This document shows positions 12,104-24,503 of a stretch of 64,000 bases of DNA, one piece after another (the stretch's first letter is position 1; each line of letters opens with the position of its first letter). The translations under genes and the position numbers were made by a program. Below the pieces are notes generated by a model. It did no database searches, had not been told where the DNA came from, and was given only the letters and a program-made list of their open reading frames with translations. The stretch is from Squalus acanthias (taxonomy: Eukaryota): positions 120,344,001 through 120,408,000 of the forward strand of contig CM059431.1 in assembly GCA_030390025.1 (NCBI GenBank), written 5' to 3'.

Positions 12104-13242
12104 CTTGATCATATCACCCATTAAATCTTCTATAAAACACGGAATACTAGCAAAGTTTATACAAACTGTCCTCATAATCCAACCCTGGTATAATTTACGT
12201 GAATTTTTGCTGCACCCCACTGCAAGACCAATATATCTTTCCCGAGGTTCGGTGCCCAAAACTGAACGCAGCACTCCAGATGGGGTCTGAACAAGACTCT
12301 GCACAACTCAAGCATCACATCCTCATTTTGTATTCAAACCCTCTTTAGAGGAAGTCCAATTTTTCATTAGCTTTCTCGATAAGTTTCTTTTTACCTGTAC
12401 ACTAGATTTTAATGATTTGTGTACATGAACACCTAAATTCTTCTGCTCATTCACAGCTTCTAGTCTCTCACCATTAAGAAAAGATTCCTATTTGTCTTTC
12501 TCAGATCCAAAGTGGATGATCTCGCACTTCCCCACATTGAAATCCATCTGTCATAGTTCTGCCCACTCACTTATTCTGTCTATATCTTTGTAACTTTCAG
12601 TTCCCATCTGCACAACTTGCTGTGCCTCGTAAATTAGTATCATTTGCAAACTTGGATATACAACTCTCTATTACTTTGTTCAAGTCATCAAAATATATGG
12701 TGAAAAGCTGAGGCCCCAGTACAGAACCCTGGGGGAAGATCACTTGTCATATCCCACCAATCAGTGAATATTCCCTTTATCCCTAATTCTGTCTCCTACC
12801 TCCCAGCCAATACTCCAACCCATATCACAAGGTTACTTCCAATACATGGCACTTTTATTTTTGCTAATAAACACTTGGGGGAAACTTATCAAACGCCTTT
12901 TGGAATTCCATATAGACAACATCCACAGACACTTCCCTGTCCACTATGCTAGTGAACTCCTCAAAACTGTCAACCAGATTAATCATAAGAGATGCTGGTC
13001 TGCTACTCCGGCCTGGAAAACTGGCATCTCCACTGGTATGGTCAAGTATGCAGTGACAGACTGCAGTGTAGACAATCATTGGCCCAACATTCAAAATATC
13101 ATGTAGATATATGACTGATATATTCACCCTGTGTTCCAATAGCCTAAATTGGAAAACAGGCCCACTAAGGTCAGTAGCCTCATAAAATGTGTGAGTGGTA
13201 CTTAGGGTGCTTCACATCTGCCTTGTTCAAGCTCATTCCTCA

Positions 13243-13556
13243 TCAACATTTATTGCCCATCCCTAGTTGTCCTGAGAAGGTGGTGATGGCTTGATACAAC
13301 TAACTAGCTTCCTAGGCCACTTCAGAGGGCAGTTAAAAGACTACCACGTTGGTGTGGGAGTGGAGTCACATATAGGTCAGACCAGGTAAGGACAACAGAT
13401 GTCCTTCCCTAAAGAGCATTAGTGAACCTGGTCACTTATACTGAAACCAGCATTTATTTCCAGATTTTTTTAATGCATTCAAATTCTCAAATTGCCATGG
13501 TGGGATTAACACACTTACCTTGGATTACTAGTACAGCAATATAACCAGTACACTAC
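13243..13556 (-). mobile_element. Second tRNA-derived SINE family (central domain MetaSINE-like, from memory)
   Basis: Core GGTTCACTAATGCTCTTTAGGGAAGG; 3' tail matches the LINE end at ~63470-63520. Confidence 0.6.
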
Positions 13557-14062
13557 AAGTAAGGAGAGTGATGGAATACTCACCACTTGCCTGGGTAAGT
13601 GCAGCTCCAACAACACTCAAGATGCTCGACACCATCCAGGACAAAGCAGCCCGCTTGATTGGCACCTCATCCACAACCTTAAACATTCACTCCCTCTACC
13701 ACTGGTGTACCCTGGCTGCAGTTCTACCATCTACAAGATGCACTGCAGCAACTCACCAAGACTTCTTCGGCAGCACCTCACAAACCCGCGACCTCTTCCA
13801 CCTAGAAGGACAAGGGCAGCAGGCGCATGGGAACACCACCACCTCCAAGTTCCCCTCCAAGTCACACACCATCCTGACATAGAAGTATATCGCCGATCCT
13901 TCATCGTCGCTGGGTCAAAATCCTGGAACTCCCTCCCTAACAGCACTGTGGAAGCACCTTCACCACACAGCTCACCATCATCTTCTCAAGGGCAATTAGA
14001 AATGAGCGATAAATGCTGGCCTTGCCAGTGACACCCACATACCGTAAAAACAAATTTTAAAA
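13557..14062 (+). mobile_element. CR1-group LINE (second family) 3' fragment
   Basis: MEYSPLAW...LDTIQDKAARLI remnant and A-rich tail; homologous to 14193-16052 and 62188-63560. Confidence 0.85.
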
Positions 14063-14192
14063 AACTACCGCAACCTAATTGTGCTCAGTGTCTCACTTTG
14101 TAATTTCTCCCATAGAGTACATTTGTGTTGATTTTTGCTTCAAGTAGGATTGTTCATTTTTGACAATTAGGTGAGTGGTCTTCTTTGAATTC

Positions 14193-16052
14193 AGGTGACA
14201 ACCTGGGGAAGCTGCAACACAGGAATACATGCATGCTAAAAAGCGGCAGCAGCATACTATAGACAGGGCTAAGCGATCCCACAATCAATGGATCAGATCA
14301 AAGCTCTGGAGTCTTGCCACATCCTGTCGTGAATGGTGGTGGACCATTCAACAATTAACAGGAGGAGGAGACTCCATGAATATCCCCATCCTCAATGATG
14401 GTGGAGCCCAGCACGTGAGTGCAAAAGACAAAGCTGAAGCGTTTGCAACCATCTTCAGCCAGAAGTGCCAAGTGGATGATCCGTATCAGCTTCCTCCTGA
14501 GGTCCCCACCACCACAGAAGCCAGTTTTCAGCCAGTTCAATTCATTCTACGTGATATCAAGAAATGGCTCAGTGCACTGGACACTGCAAAGGCTGTGGGC
14601 CCCGACAACATCCCGGCTGTCGTGCTGAAGACTTGTGCTCCAGAACTAGCCACGCCTCTAGCCAAGCTGTTCCAGTACAGATATAACACTGGCTTCTATC
14701 CGACAATGTGGAACACTGCCCAGGTATGTCCTGTCCACTAAAAGCAGGACAAATCCGGCCAATTACTGCCCCATCAGTCTACTCTCAATCATCAGCAAAG
14801 TGGTGGAAGGTGTCGTCAACAGTGCTATCAAGCAGCCCTTACTCACCAATAACCTGCTCACTGATGCCCAGTTTGAGTTCCGCCAGGACCATTCAGCTCC
14901 AGACCTCATTACAGCCTTGGTCCAAACATGGACAAAAGAGCCGAATTCCAGAGCTGAGGTGAGAGTGACTGCCCTTGACATCAAGGCAGCATTTGACCAA
15001 GTGTGGCATCAAGGAGCCCTAGTAAAACTGAAGTCAGTGGGAATCGGGGGGATAACTCTCCACTGGCTGGAGTCATACCTAGCACAAAGGAAGATGATTG
15101 TGGTGGTTGGAGGTCAATCATCACAGCCCCAGGACATTGCTGCAGGAGTTCCACAGGGCAGTGTCCTAGGCCAAACCATCTTCAGCTGCTTCATCAATGA
15201 CCTTCCCTCCATCATAAGGTCAGAAGTGGGGATGTTCGCTGATGATTGCACAGTGTTCAGTGTCATTCACAACTCCTCAGATAATGAAGCAGTCCATGCC
15301 CACATGCAGCAAGAACTGGACGACATTCAGGCTTGGGCTGATAAGTGGCAGGTAACATTCGCGCCACACAAGTGCCAGGCAATGACTATCTCCAACAAGC
15401 AAGAGTCGAACCACCACCCCATGACATTCAACGGCATTACCATCGCCGAATCTCCCACCATCAATATCCTGGGGGTTACCATTAACCAGAAACTTAACTG
15501 AACCAGCCACATAAATACTGTGGCAACGAGAGCAGGTCAGAGGCTGGGTATTCTGCGGTGAGTATCTCACCTCCTGACTCCCCAAAGCCTTTCCACCATC
15601 TACAAGACACAAGTCAGGAGTGTGATGGAATACTCTCCTCTTGACTGGATGAGTGCAGCTTCAGCAACATTCAAGAAGCTTGACACCATCCAAGACAAAG
15701 CAGCCCGCTTGATTTGCACCCCATCCACCACCTTATACATTCACTCCCTCCACCACCGGCGTACCGTGGTTGCAGTGTGTACCATCTACAAGATGCAGTG
15801 CAGCAACTCGCCAAGGCTCCTTCGGCAGCACCACCCAAACCCGCGACCTCTACCACCTAGAGAGACAAGGGCAGCAGGCGCATGGGAACACCACCACCTC
15901 TAAGTTCCCCTCCAAGTCACACACCATCCTGACTTGGAAGTATATCACCGTTCCTTCATCGTCGCTAGGCCAAAATCCTGGAACTTCCTCCCTTACCGCA
16001 CTGTGGAACTACCTTCACCACACAGACTGCAGCGGTTCAAGAAGGTGGCTCA
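14193..16052 (+). pseudogene. CR1-group LINE ORF2 reverse transcriptase, disrupted
   Basis: KAVGPDNIP, LDIKAAFDQVWH, GVPQGSVLG, FADD motifs split by stops (ORFs 14229-14741, 14800-15501, 15622-15903). Confidence 0.9.
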
Positions 16053-16169
16053 ACTTCCAGCATGCATTGGAAAATTTACCTCAGTGTGCAAATCATAGAA
16101 GACATGATTATTATACTGCATATCAATAGTTCTGAGCACTTTCCAATCTGCAGTGATCTCAATCCTGGA

Positions 16170-17830
16170 CATTGTAAACCTTTTTGTCTTCCTTCAGTGG
16201 TTGATAAAATACTAGAGTATATTATACGGGATGAAATTATTAAGCAATTGGAGAAACATGGGCTCATCAAGCCAATCAAAGGGAATTTCATGCTTGACCA
16301 ACTATATGGATTTCTTTGAAGAAACACCTCAGAAGATAAGGTAAATGCAGGGTGTGGTTTACATGAATTTCAAAAAGCAATCGATAAGATACCATATAAT
16401 GGCACATGGAATAAACAACAAGAACGTGCATCAATATAGCATCTTTAATGAGGAAAAATGTCCCAAGATGCTTCACAGCGGCATAATCAAAAAAATGGAT
16501 GCTGAGGCAAAGATGAAAATATTAGGAGGAATGATCAAATGCTTAGTCAATGAGATGGCTTTTAAGGAAGATCTTAAAGGATAAGAGGTAGGTGGAGAGG
16601 CAGAAGGATGTCGGGAGGCAATTCCTAGACGGCTGAAGACACAGCTTCCAATGGTGCGATGAAGGGAGGGGTGGTAGAACAAAAGTCCAGAATCAAAGAA
16701 ATAGACCGTTTGGGGGATTGTAGGGCTGGAGGAATTTATAAAGACAAGAATGGGTGAGGCCGTTAAGTTAAATATGAGAATAAGAATTTTAAATTTGAGG
16801 TGTGGGGTTCTTGGAGCCAATATAGATCAGTGAGGTTAGGAGGGTGATGGGTGAGCATTATTGGTGCAGGATACAATATGTGCAGAGGTTTTGGATAAGT
16901 GTACAGAGGGTGGAAGATGGGTGGCCACACAGATAATATGCCACATGGATGAAGAAATGGTTAGATGGCAGAAAACAAAGGGAGGCTTCTCACACTACAA
17001 ATATTTGGTGTGTGGTGTTTCACAGGATTTTATATTGGACAGCTCTTATTACCCATATACATAAATGATCTGGACTTAGGAATTGGGGGAACAATATCAA
17101 ATTTACTGATGACTCCAAATTGGGGGTTAAGGCAAATTGTGACAAGCACCATAAGGAGGACATAATAGAATAGGTAGATTAGAGACAAATGCAGTTCAAT
17201 GTAGACAAAGGTGAAATAATATATTTTGGAAGTAAGAATAAGGAGAAGTACACCTCAAATAGTAAAATTTTAGTTCGGGTAGAGGAGAAGAGGCACCTTG
17301 GTGTGCAGATCAATAAAAGTGGCAACGGCACTATCTAAGGTCATAAAAAAGGTAAATTGAATCCTTGGTACCTGGAGGCATAGAATAAAAGTGCAAGGAA
17401 GCAATGTCAAACTTGCATAAAGCCATAATTAGCTGGCTGACTGCTTTCAGGAACTCAACAGCCAGCAGACCTTGATGTTTTATCCTTTTGAATTAATGGA
17501 TGGAAAACTAGGGGCTGTGGGTCCACAATTTCCTAATCAGCACTCCCTGTGGGCAACGTTCCTTACCGGAAATGCCCAGTCAGAGAATCAATCCTATTGT
17601 GTGCTATCTTTGACACCCCATTATAGGAAGCATATAAAACCAATGGAATAGGTGCAAAGCAGATTCATGATAATGTTACTATGAATGAGGGCTTACAGTT
17701 ATGAAGACAGACTTGAGAAGTTAGAGCTTATTCCCTCGAAGTGAGAAGTTTAAGGAGTAACCTGATGGGGTTTTCATGATTATGAAGCATTGAATTAAAG
17801 TAAATAGATTAATTCCAATGGTCAATGTGA
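16170..17830 (+). mobile_element. Highly decayed CR1 remnants with an antisense L2-type fragment (~16415-16930)
   Basis: Scattered RT remnants (VVDKILEYIIRDEI, IYINDLDLGI); L2 piece similar to 26313-26506. Confidence 0.55.
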
Positions 17831-18197
17831 TGGTAATGAGAGAGAAAAAATGTAAGACAATTGCTGGGTCAAATCCTGGAACTCCCTCCCTCACAGCTTT
17901 GTTGGAGGAACTTCACCACATGGACAGCAGTGGTTCAAGAAGGAGGCCCACCACCAACTTCTTAAATAAAGAAAGAAAGACTTGCATTTATATAGCGTCT
18001 TTCACGACCTCAGGATGTCCCAAAGTGCTTTACAACCAATGAATTACTTTTCAAGTGTAGTCACTGTTGTAATGTAGGAAACCCAGCAGCCAATTTGCGC
18101 AGATCTCCTAAGAATAACTAGGGATAGGCAAAAATGCCAGTGACACCCACATCTCAATGAATGATTTTAAAAAGTGCTGCTGTTTGACAGTAATGGT

Positions 18198-19321
18198 TGA
18201 AGGGATAATTACTAGTCCTAGCCCCTTTAGGGCTACCCTGGATCAGGCGTATTCCTCAGACGTTCACTTTCAACTAAAGTTTGAGGTAGCCGAATCCTAA
18301 AGACGCTTAACTGGGTTTAAAGGTCTGGACCATCTCTCCCTAAAGGAAAGGAGCAACCTGAAAATGTTACCGTCCTCCAGATAGCACTTTTAATAAGTTT
18401 AGCTAGACTGTAACGTTCTGGATATTATGAGAGTCCGGAAAACTCCCCCAGAATTTTGCAACTCCTCACCAAAGAGTGTACAGATATTGAGTTCACGAGT
18501 TTTTGATACAGAAGTCTTATGTGAGACAATTCTAAAAATATATAGATTTATTAAAGAACCGATATGTAATTTACAGTTGGTGAGTTAATCACAACATTAA
18601 CCATTCCAAAAAGAGAAAGCTTATAATCTTATTATCAGAGAACCTTACTCTCAAATCTTAACTTTGCTACAGTTTTACAGTTCTTAAAGTTCTATTCAGG
18701 ATATCCACCAAAATCAAATACCTTTGCTCCCCGAGGTACAAAGAGTTGGAGACTTACAGAGCCTCCTCTGAAGCCGAGAATCGCTTTGCCCGATTAAAGC
18801 AAATCTGTTATCCCATTTGAGAGTTCAATATTTATACCCTTTTCCAGTGGTATTTCCTTTAAGGTTTTCTGCTGATGTAAGCTAATTATCTCTAGTCATT
18901 TTTCTGCCGACCCCTGCAATTCTTACAGTCACCTTAACTGGTAGCATTACAGAATTATGTCTCCTCTCTAGGTGTTCTAAGTTTACAATAAAAAACAGTG
19001 TGACGGCAGGTGTGTTTTTTACTTGATGTCATTTTTATGAAGGCAGATGTTTGTGCTTCTTTATGAGGTGTAAATTAGAACACCTTATCCAGGGTGAACC
19101 ATTGTTTCGTCAGCCTGTCGGGAGCCTTTAACCTTCTGTTTCAATAAGGTTATTGATTCAGTGTCAACAACTATCTTAGCTCAATAGCCAGAATGCTTTC
19201 ATAGCTATTTCATAGTTAGGTTTCTAAATTTCCAAACCCAGTTTGTCATGTTTTAATAAGGCCAGAATTCTTTCATGAGATAGTGCTTTTTTCTGAATAG
19301 CTTATATGGCTTATTCCTTCA
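18198..19321 (-). mobile_element. Solo LTR, 1124 bp
   Basis: TG..CA ends with inverted repeat TGAAGGGATAA / TTATTCCTTCA; flanks AATGGT / CATGGT; minus-strand TATAAA ~18831-18836 and AATAAA ~18547-18552. Confidence 0.7.
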
Positions 19322-19946
19322 CATGGTCATGCCTAACCTTTGTGCTTTTTAAAACCATGCAGCTTCTATATGGATCTCCAGCCAGTCTGAGTAATTGATG
19401 CCACATTGACTCTTTTCAGTGACAGCATGTCACTGAAGGTGGCAAAAACATAGCTAAAAGATATGCACGGAGAGCAAGCTCCTATCCTTTCGATGTTTAA
19501 AGCAATTAATGAGTTAACAATGGGTACATCAGGTGAATTTTGTTGTGTGATAGACCATTTTACACGGAACACAACTACATTCAAAGTCTAGGATCAATAT
19601 TCTTTGGAAAGCATAGAATATAAAATATACTTACAATGTGAAAAGATGCCTTTAAATAAAAACACTTATAATTAGAGGAGCTGTCCCCACATTTTCTCCT
19701 GTCTGACATTTTAATAGCCTCCACGGAGAAAAGTTCTATTACATTCTTTTCTTAGTGTGCCAGTGATTGTTGTAGCCGTAAGTATTCCTCTGGCTGCACA
19801 TGCCTCCTGGTTAAGTATTACCGTTATTTAAATATTATTGCAAATCTCTTTCCTCCTCTCTTGAAACTGTTTACTCCTTGCTTTGGCATGGTTCCATGGA
19901 CATTGGTCAACCTTTTGTAACTCAGCCAAGTGGGCAATTTGACATT

Positions 19947-20712
19947 GGGGCAGAAATTCGGCTGTTGTCGGGTGAGTACGTACTGTGTACTCACCCGTGG
20001 ACGGAACAAAAGTGCCGGTTTCTTGCATGCACTGCGCATGCGCGGGAAACCGGCACTTCCGTTCCCCTGAGGAAAGGGGTTCAGAGGTCGAACGCACACG
20101 CCAGAGGGCCAGCGCGTTCGCCTCACACTTCGGATTTTTTTACAGGTTCCTCCGTGAAGGTAAGCACGGAAAAGATACACTTTTAAAAAAGATGCGCAAG
20201 GCCTTTTTTTAACAAGGTAAGTGTTGATTTTATTAAAATTTAAACACTTTTTTCACAGATTTATCTTTTTTAATTACTTTAAAGAAAGGCTAAGTTTAGT
20301 TTTAGCCCCGTTAAAAAATGTAATTAATTTTTTCAAAAATTTAAATTTTTGTTTAAAATCGTTAATTAATGTAATTTATAGTTATTTTAAAAATGTGATT
20401 TTTAAAAAAGAAATATTTGTAGTTTTAGGGATGTTTTGGGGCCGATCTGTATTCATAGATTTGACAGGTCTTCCTGTCAAATCTATGAATGAAAGATGGT
20501 CTGCTGCCATTGGCTCTCCATGGCCCACATGATCCCAGGGGACGCATCGCACTAACTACGCCCCTAGGATACACAAGCACTGCGCGCCAGCAGTTGGGGG
20601 AGGCCCAGGAGCTGAAGTCCCCGTGGGCCTAGAGGTCAACGGCAGGCGCGGTAGGTAGGTGCGCGCGCGATCCTTGCACCTGCGGGAAGCCTGGGAGCCG
20701 AATTTCTGTCCC
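19947..20712 (+). mobile_element. ~765-bp MITE, hairpin family, copy 2
   Basis: TIR GGGGCAGAAATTCGGCT / AGCCGAATTTCTGTCCC; ATT TSD. Confidence 0.9.
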
Positions 20713-20968
20713 ATTATCCTTCTTTAAGAAGCTTTTTTCGAATATCTTTATGCATATCACACCACATTCTTATTTCTTGAGATCACACTTAATAAATAAG
20801 CAAATCCTCTCACTCAGTCCTTTGTTTTCTGGAAACCAGTGAGTTCTACTCTGTCCCAACATTAAGATGGCATCCTACTGACTTGAACCTTACACATCAC
20901 CAGTGACTTATGTGTTTCAGATTTTTCTTCTTTAATTCCCCATTGCACCCATTTTCCCCAATAACATT

Positions 20969-21729
20969 GGCCCAGATATTCCGATCCCTACGGGTGGGTA
21001 CGCGCTGTGTACCCACCCGTAGGGAGATCGGAAATGCCAGTTTCAGGCATGCACAGCGCATGAGCTGAAAACCGGCATTTCTGATCTGTCAAGAATGGTC
21101 TTGACAGATCCTCTGGCTGCCCTGGAGAAGGGCCTCTGCAGGCACATAGTTCCGCTTTTTGGAGACCCTCCGCCCGCAGAAAACCCTTACAATTCTTACG
21201 CCTGGTAAAAGCAGGCATAAGGCCTGCTTTTACCAGGATAAGAGTTGAAAAAAGTAAAAAATATATATATTTTTTCCACTGATTTATCATTTAAAAATAC
21301 TTAAAAACAGGTAAGTTTATTTTTAGCCCCGTAAAAAACTTTAATTAATTTTCTCAAAAAATTAAATTTTTGTTTAAAATACTTAATTTATTGTAATTTC
21401 AAGTCATTTTAAAAATGTGATGTTTTTTAAAATTTATTTAAAGTTTTACTATGTTTTTTCATTGATCTCCATTCATATATTTGACAGGTCTTCCTGTCAA
21501 ATGTATGAAGGGAGATTCCCTTCTGTGATTGGCTCCCCATGGCCCACGTGATCCCAGAGACACTGCGAACTACATGCGCCCCTGGGATACGTGGGCCCTG
21601 TGCACTTCAAGTTTCGAGAGGCCCAGGAGCGGAAGCGTGTGTGTCCTGGGAGCCCTCAGGTAAGGGCGCAGATTTTTCCAGATCGCAGGCCTCCGCTCGC
21701 GGGAGGCCTGCGATCGGAAAATACGGGCC
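20969..21729 (+). mobile_element. ~760-bp MITE, diverged sister of the hairpin family
   Basis: TIR GGCCCAGATATTCCGATC / GATCGGAAAATACGGGCC; ATT TSD; same internal hairpin and A/T core. Confidence 0.9.
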
Positions 21730-22039
21730 ATTAACTTTGGACTTATTCATATGGGTCAAACCTTCCAGTTTGTTGAGATGTTTTCTCTTTTCCAGTTTCT
21801 CTGAGGAAGGACCTAGCAATGAAAGTACAGTGATCATTTCCTTTAATTACATAATGGCTAATATATAAGAACGATTCGAAGTATATTCATGTTCAATTCT
21901 CCAGCAAATTCCTCACTTTAATTATTGCAAAATTCCCAAATAAATTTTTTCTTATAGATATGGAGGCTCAGTCATTGAGTATATTCAAAAATGAGAAGTC
22001 GCACAACACCAGGTTATAGTCCAACAGATTTATTTAATT

Positions 22040-22078
22040 TTACAAGCTTTCGAAGCAGTTCGCTCCTTCGTCAGGTAA
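22040..22078 (-). ncRNA. Minimal type-I hammerhead ribozyme, intact core
   Basis: TTAC-CTGACGA-A-GGAGC gaact GCTTC-GAAA-GC-TT-GTAA. Confidence 0.8.
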
Positions 22079-22296
22079 GTTAGCAGTGAGAGAATCTCCC
22101 AGAATTCACAATTTAAACACAGACAAAATCTATTCACATCTTTCCCTACAACAAAGAGCACAGCCAAGACAATGAGATGTATCCCAGGGGGTCCAACGTG
22201 TCAAACCACCTGCTGGCTGCATATCCTGTCAATTTGTGTTCTTGTGTTAGTCTTTTTAAAAAAAAAACACCTGGGAAGACCGGCCATGATGTCAAG

Positions 22297-22661
22297 TCAC
22301 ATTCTGTATCGTGACATGAACCCGATATCGCGATTGAGGCCATCCTCATGAGTGCGGAACTTGGCTATCAGTTTCTGCTCTATGATTTTGCGCTGTCGTG
22401 TATCTCGAAGGCCGCCTTGGAGAACGCTTACCCGCAGATCCGAGGCTGAATGCCCCTGGCTGCTGAAGTGTTCCCCGACTGGGAGGCAACCCTCCTGCCT
22501 GGCGATTGTTGCGCGGTGTCCGTTCATACGTTGTCTCAGTGTCTGCATGGTCTCGCCGATGTACCATGCTCTGGAGCATCCTTTACTGCAACGTATCAGG
22601 TAGACAACGTTGGCCGAGTCACATGAGTATGTACCGTGTACCTGGTGGGTAGTGTCCTCAC
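22297..22661 (-). pseudogene. Penelope GIY-YIG endonuclease C-terminal fragment
   Basis: NVVYLIRC...WYIGETMQTLRQRMNGHR...PVGEHF...EQKLIAKFRTHEDGLNRD. Confidence 0.9.
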
Positions 22662-22846
22662 GTTTTTAAAAAGACTAACACAAGAACACAAATTGACAGG
22701 ATATGCAGCCAGCAGGTGGTTTGACACGTTGGACCCCCTGGGACACATCTCATTGTCTTGGCTGTGCTCTTTGTTGTAGGGAAAGATGTGAATAGATTTT
22801 GTCTGTGTTTAAATTGTGAATTCTGGGAGATTCTCTCACTGCTAAC

Positions 22847-22885
22847 TTACCTGACGAAGGAGCGAACTGCTTCGAAAGCTTGTAA
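22847..22885 (+). ncRNA. Minimal type-I hammerhead ribozyme, intact core
   Basis: Exact inverted copy of 22040-22078; predicted cleavage after 22881; AATAAA at 22891. Confidence 0.8.
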
Positions 22886-24288
22886 AATTAAATAAATCTG
22901 TTGGACTTCTCATTTTTGTCCACACCAGTCCAACGCCGGCATCTCCACATCATGAGTATATTCAAGACAGAGATCGATAGATTTTTGAATATTAAGGGAA
23001 TCAAGGGATAAGGGGATAGTGCAGGAAAGTGGGGATGAGGTAGAAGATCAGCCATGATCTTATTGAATGGCGGAGCAGGCTCGAAGGGCCAAATGGCCTA
23101 CTCCTGCTCCTATTTCTTATGTTCTTATATAAAACATGACCAAATCAACAATTAAGAGCTGGTAATGTAGATATAACTCACTAACAACCAGAAGGTTTTT
23201 TTAATTAAAAAAAATCTGTCATTCATATCTGAAATGACTTTTTGTAATAATGAAATAAAGACTATATTGCCTACAGCCAGGTTAAAAATTGCCAACATAA
23301 TTCTGGTGAATACTGCCTTTGACTGTGGTCCTGACATGTTTGCACACCCATAATTTTAAATGTATCTGTGACTTAAGTGGTCACAATGAGATTTCTTGCC
23401 TCTAAGTAACCCCCATCACCTATGTGGGTAAGGTAATCAACACTGACAGTCATTTGCTGTTGCCTGATCATCTGACATAACATGCAATTATAGAATGGGA
23501 CAAGGTGAACATTTACAGTCTTCCACCTTCCTCTAAATTAGGACGCTCTGCCGTCACAAAGCCTCCCTCCTGGGAACCACACTATCAACAATTGCTTATC
23601 ATATCAATTAAGACAGGTGGATTTCTGTGACAGCTGATCCATCTGGCACTTGAAACTATGTCCATCTGCTGATTAAACAGCATGATCACCACGGGGGCGG
23701 GGTACTGCTACACTGTCACCATTTTGCAGTAGTTAATAAAATAGGTGCATTTTATGTGTATTTCTTTTTGAAGTTCTTTAATTACTTCGGTTGGAGGTCA
23801 ACAGGATTGTCCACTCATTGTTAGTTTAGTGCCTTGGGACACTTTTCTCGGTCAAATGCAAGTTGTTGCTGTTGTTACTGTGTTGCAGCCTATTTTTTGT
23901 GAAAAAATCATTTCAATCGGTGTTAGACCGAGAAGGGATTGGTTTGCATTTTGCTGATCACAATTTTAGTTTTCTCAAGTATCATGCATGCACAGTTTCA
24001 ACAATTACAATTTCTCTAAGCAGATTAAGTTGTGCTAAACAGAAGCACACATCTGGGCTAATTTTTGATTTCAGTTTGCTACTGGGATTTCAGACTGTCA
24101 AATATGATTCTAAATGTAACAGTTAAAAGCATCTGCTGAATGTTGGTGTAACTGTCATCACATCATCAAAATGCGGATTTGAATATTAACTGTATTGATG
24201 TATCAGAAGAGTAAGTAAAGTTAAGTATCAATACCTGTGTAATAAACATTTAAATCACCGCCTTCCTTAAAAAAAAATGAATGCTTTA

Positions 24289-24503
24289 TGACGTAATAAA
24301 GACTCACTACGCACTTGAACATAAAGCAAGGCTTTAATCAACTTGTAACAAAACATGGAGGTCTAGTTAGCAGTCACTAGCTTCCTGTTTCCAGATTGTC
24401 TCTGCCCAAGGTGGGCCCATGCCTGAGTATTTATACTCCCTGGACGGCGCCCCAGCTGGCCACCCAGTAGTACTTCCTGAGTTGTTACTTGCGATTTATG
24501 ACA
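24289..24503 (-). mobile_element. Short solo LTR, 215 bp
   Basis: TG..CA ends; perfect 5-bp TSD CTTTA (24284-24288, 24504-24508); minus-strand TATAAA and ATTAAA. Confidence 0.75.

Larger units (their letters stand above)
9241..12975 (-). mobile_element. Decayed CR1 LINE 3' portion, split by 9614-12103
   Basis: Minus-strand remnants VFKMLKGFDRVDTEKLF, VDVVYMEFQKAFDK, QGSVLG; CR1 3' UTR ~9241-9450. Confidence 0.8.
21989..22952 (-). mobile_element. 5'-truncated Penelope-like element with inverted pLTRs (family A)
   Basis: ~245-bp near-identical inverted arms (~22018-22262, ~22663-22907) around a GIY-YIG fragment; 13-bp TSD (21976-21988, 22953-22965). Confidence 0.92.
21961..23128 (+). mobile_element. 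CR1 3' end split by a Penelope insertion
   Basis: TGAGTATATTCAA present on both sides of 21989-22952; TTCTTATGTTCTTAT tail. Confidence 0.8.
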
